64,000 bases of DNA from Mytilus californianus (Eukaryota), in contig NW_026262604.1 of assembly GCF_021869535.1 (NCBI RefSeq), positions 3,224,001 through 3,288,000 of the forward strand. Reading direction: 5' to 3'. The notes under the pieces were generated by a model that saw nothing but the letters and a program-made list of their open reading frames with translations, made no database searches and was not told the DNA's origin. Positions 62,301 through 64,000 of the stretch are shown one piece after another. The position numbers and the translations under genes are program-made. Numbering within the stretch: position 1 is the first letter of the stretch; each line of letters begins with the position of its first letter.

Positions 62301-64000
62301 ATTTGTTATGGGCCCTTTAATTTAAATAAAAAATATCTTATCTTATCTTATTCCATTATTGTAATATTTTTTAAAAAGACCCTACAATACTGTCCTTTAA
62401 CTGTTGAGACTTCAATTTCTATAAACCTATTTTATGTTGTGATGTTACACTACTGTTTCAGGTTAGGGTGAAGGTTGGCGCCTGTTAAAACGTTTAATCC
62501 CACTGCATTTGTATGCACCTGTCCTAAGTCAGGAGCCTGTTGTTCAGTGGTTGTCGTTTGTTGATGTGGTTCATAAGTGTTTCTAGTTTCTTGTTTTTTA
62601 TATAGATTAGACTGTTGGTTTTCCTGTTTGAATTGTTTTACACTAGTCATTTTGGGGCCCTTTATAGCTTTCTGTTCGGTGTGAGCCAAGGCTCTTTGTT
62701 GAAGGCAGTACTTTGACCTATAATTGTTTACTTTTTATACATTGTGACTTGGATGGAGAGTTGCCTCATTGGCACTCATACCACATTTTCTTATTTATAT
62801 ATAGTGGTACATGTACATTTTTGTGTAACATTTTCTTTAGTCAAATTATGATCCTGTATTGTAATGATATTGATTTCTGACTTTTACCTGAACTATTGTC
62901 TTTTATTTTGAATTAAAATAAACCTCTAAGACTTAAATATAAAAACAGATTATTTTTACCCCGCTGTATTTGTAAGACTACTTTTGTACCTTGATCAAGC
63001 AATTTAATACTTTATGGTAGTGAATGTAGATGTTACATAATAAAACAAGATATGCTAGACAATGCAAGAGAGAAAAATTTACTTCTAGTGTATCATGAAA
63101 TGTTGAAATATTTGAAAGTCTGTATCCTACACTCTTTATTAGTGTTGGTCATGTTGGTCAAGGGTTCAAATTAGTGTGGGTCCGAGGTTCGGGACCTGTC
63201 TTTTTTAGGAGAGGACTTTTCATTTTTAAATTGGAAAAGTCAAGGACCTACCATTCTTTACACTGATGCTTTATACATGACCATTGATTTTTTTATGGAG
63301 GACATTTCACTTAAAATTTCAAATGGTCTTGGACCTTTCATTATTTGGAGCAAATTTGAACCCTTGTTGGTGATTTAATGTTGTAATGTCCAAATGTTTT
63401 CTTAATTTCTGGGTTTTTTATGCCCCTGCTGCTAGGTGAAATGGTCATTGAGGTACTTCAACCTCCCAAAATTGGGTTTCCGTTTCTCTAACTTTAGTTT
63501 GCCTCTACCAAATGTTATGAAACTTAAACACAATGCTCATTATGATACCACCAAACACAGATCAATTTCTAATTTGGGGGCGTCACTTTCATGGTTTTGG
63601 AATTGTGAGCTTCAATGTATGTCCCTTCATAATTTTGGAAAAAAATTGCTGAATTGCCATTTGACTATTGACTATTGCATATTCACAAGCAGGGGCATCT
63701 GTGTCCAATGGGCACTTTCTTCTTTTGTTTTTACTTTTTTAACATGTTTAAGATAATTATGCCATAATAAACACATTGTATATTAATTAAATGAAATTTC
63801 AATTTTAAGACTAGACTGAGCTAAAAAGTCCTGAAAGTAATTACATGAATTATCAAATTCATAATAATTGATATCAGCGTTTTTGCATGTGGTGTCCATG
63901 GTGTCCCTGTACATGTATTAATTTAGCCTTCCATCCTTTAAAAAAAAACGGAAATTTTTCCTCCACTCATTGTCAGCCAATTTACCATAAATGAATATAT

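Overview
AT-rich eukaryotic (animal) genomic DNA with spliceosomal GT-AG introns and dense interspersed repeats. The gene families and repeat types point to a bivalve mollusc, Mytilus-like (inference). No prokaryotic features were seen. I could reconstruct, by hand from splice signals and reading phase, a compact cluster of genes from lineage-expanded stress/immune-type families. (1) A claudin/PMP22-like membrane protein gene (- strand, exons 6257-6008 and 2872-2732; 3' exons unresolved). (2) An intact RING-less B-box/coiled-coil/NHL-propeller TRIM-like gene (+, 11256-12926). (3) A 313-aa gene made only of two Neuralized-homology (NHR)-like domains (-, 16460-13993). (4, 5) A head-to-head pair of 4-exon HSPA12-type Hsp70 genes (-, 27836-18883, 589 aa; +, 37140-41633, 582 aa). 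(6) A pseudogenised second B-box TRIM-like gene (+, 50915-52737; one frameshift and two nonsense codons). The most unusual observations are a Gly-to-Arg change in the phosphate-1 loop of only one HSPA12 partner, a hypervariable patch between otherwise conserved partners, and tandem arrays that copy an exon end together with its splice donor in two unrelated genes. The rest is tRNA-derived SINEs, PIF/Harbinger- and TTAA-type MITEs, Helentron-like elements, a solo LTR-like element, RT remnants and minisatellites. Most short ORFs in the supplied track are spurious.
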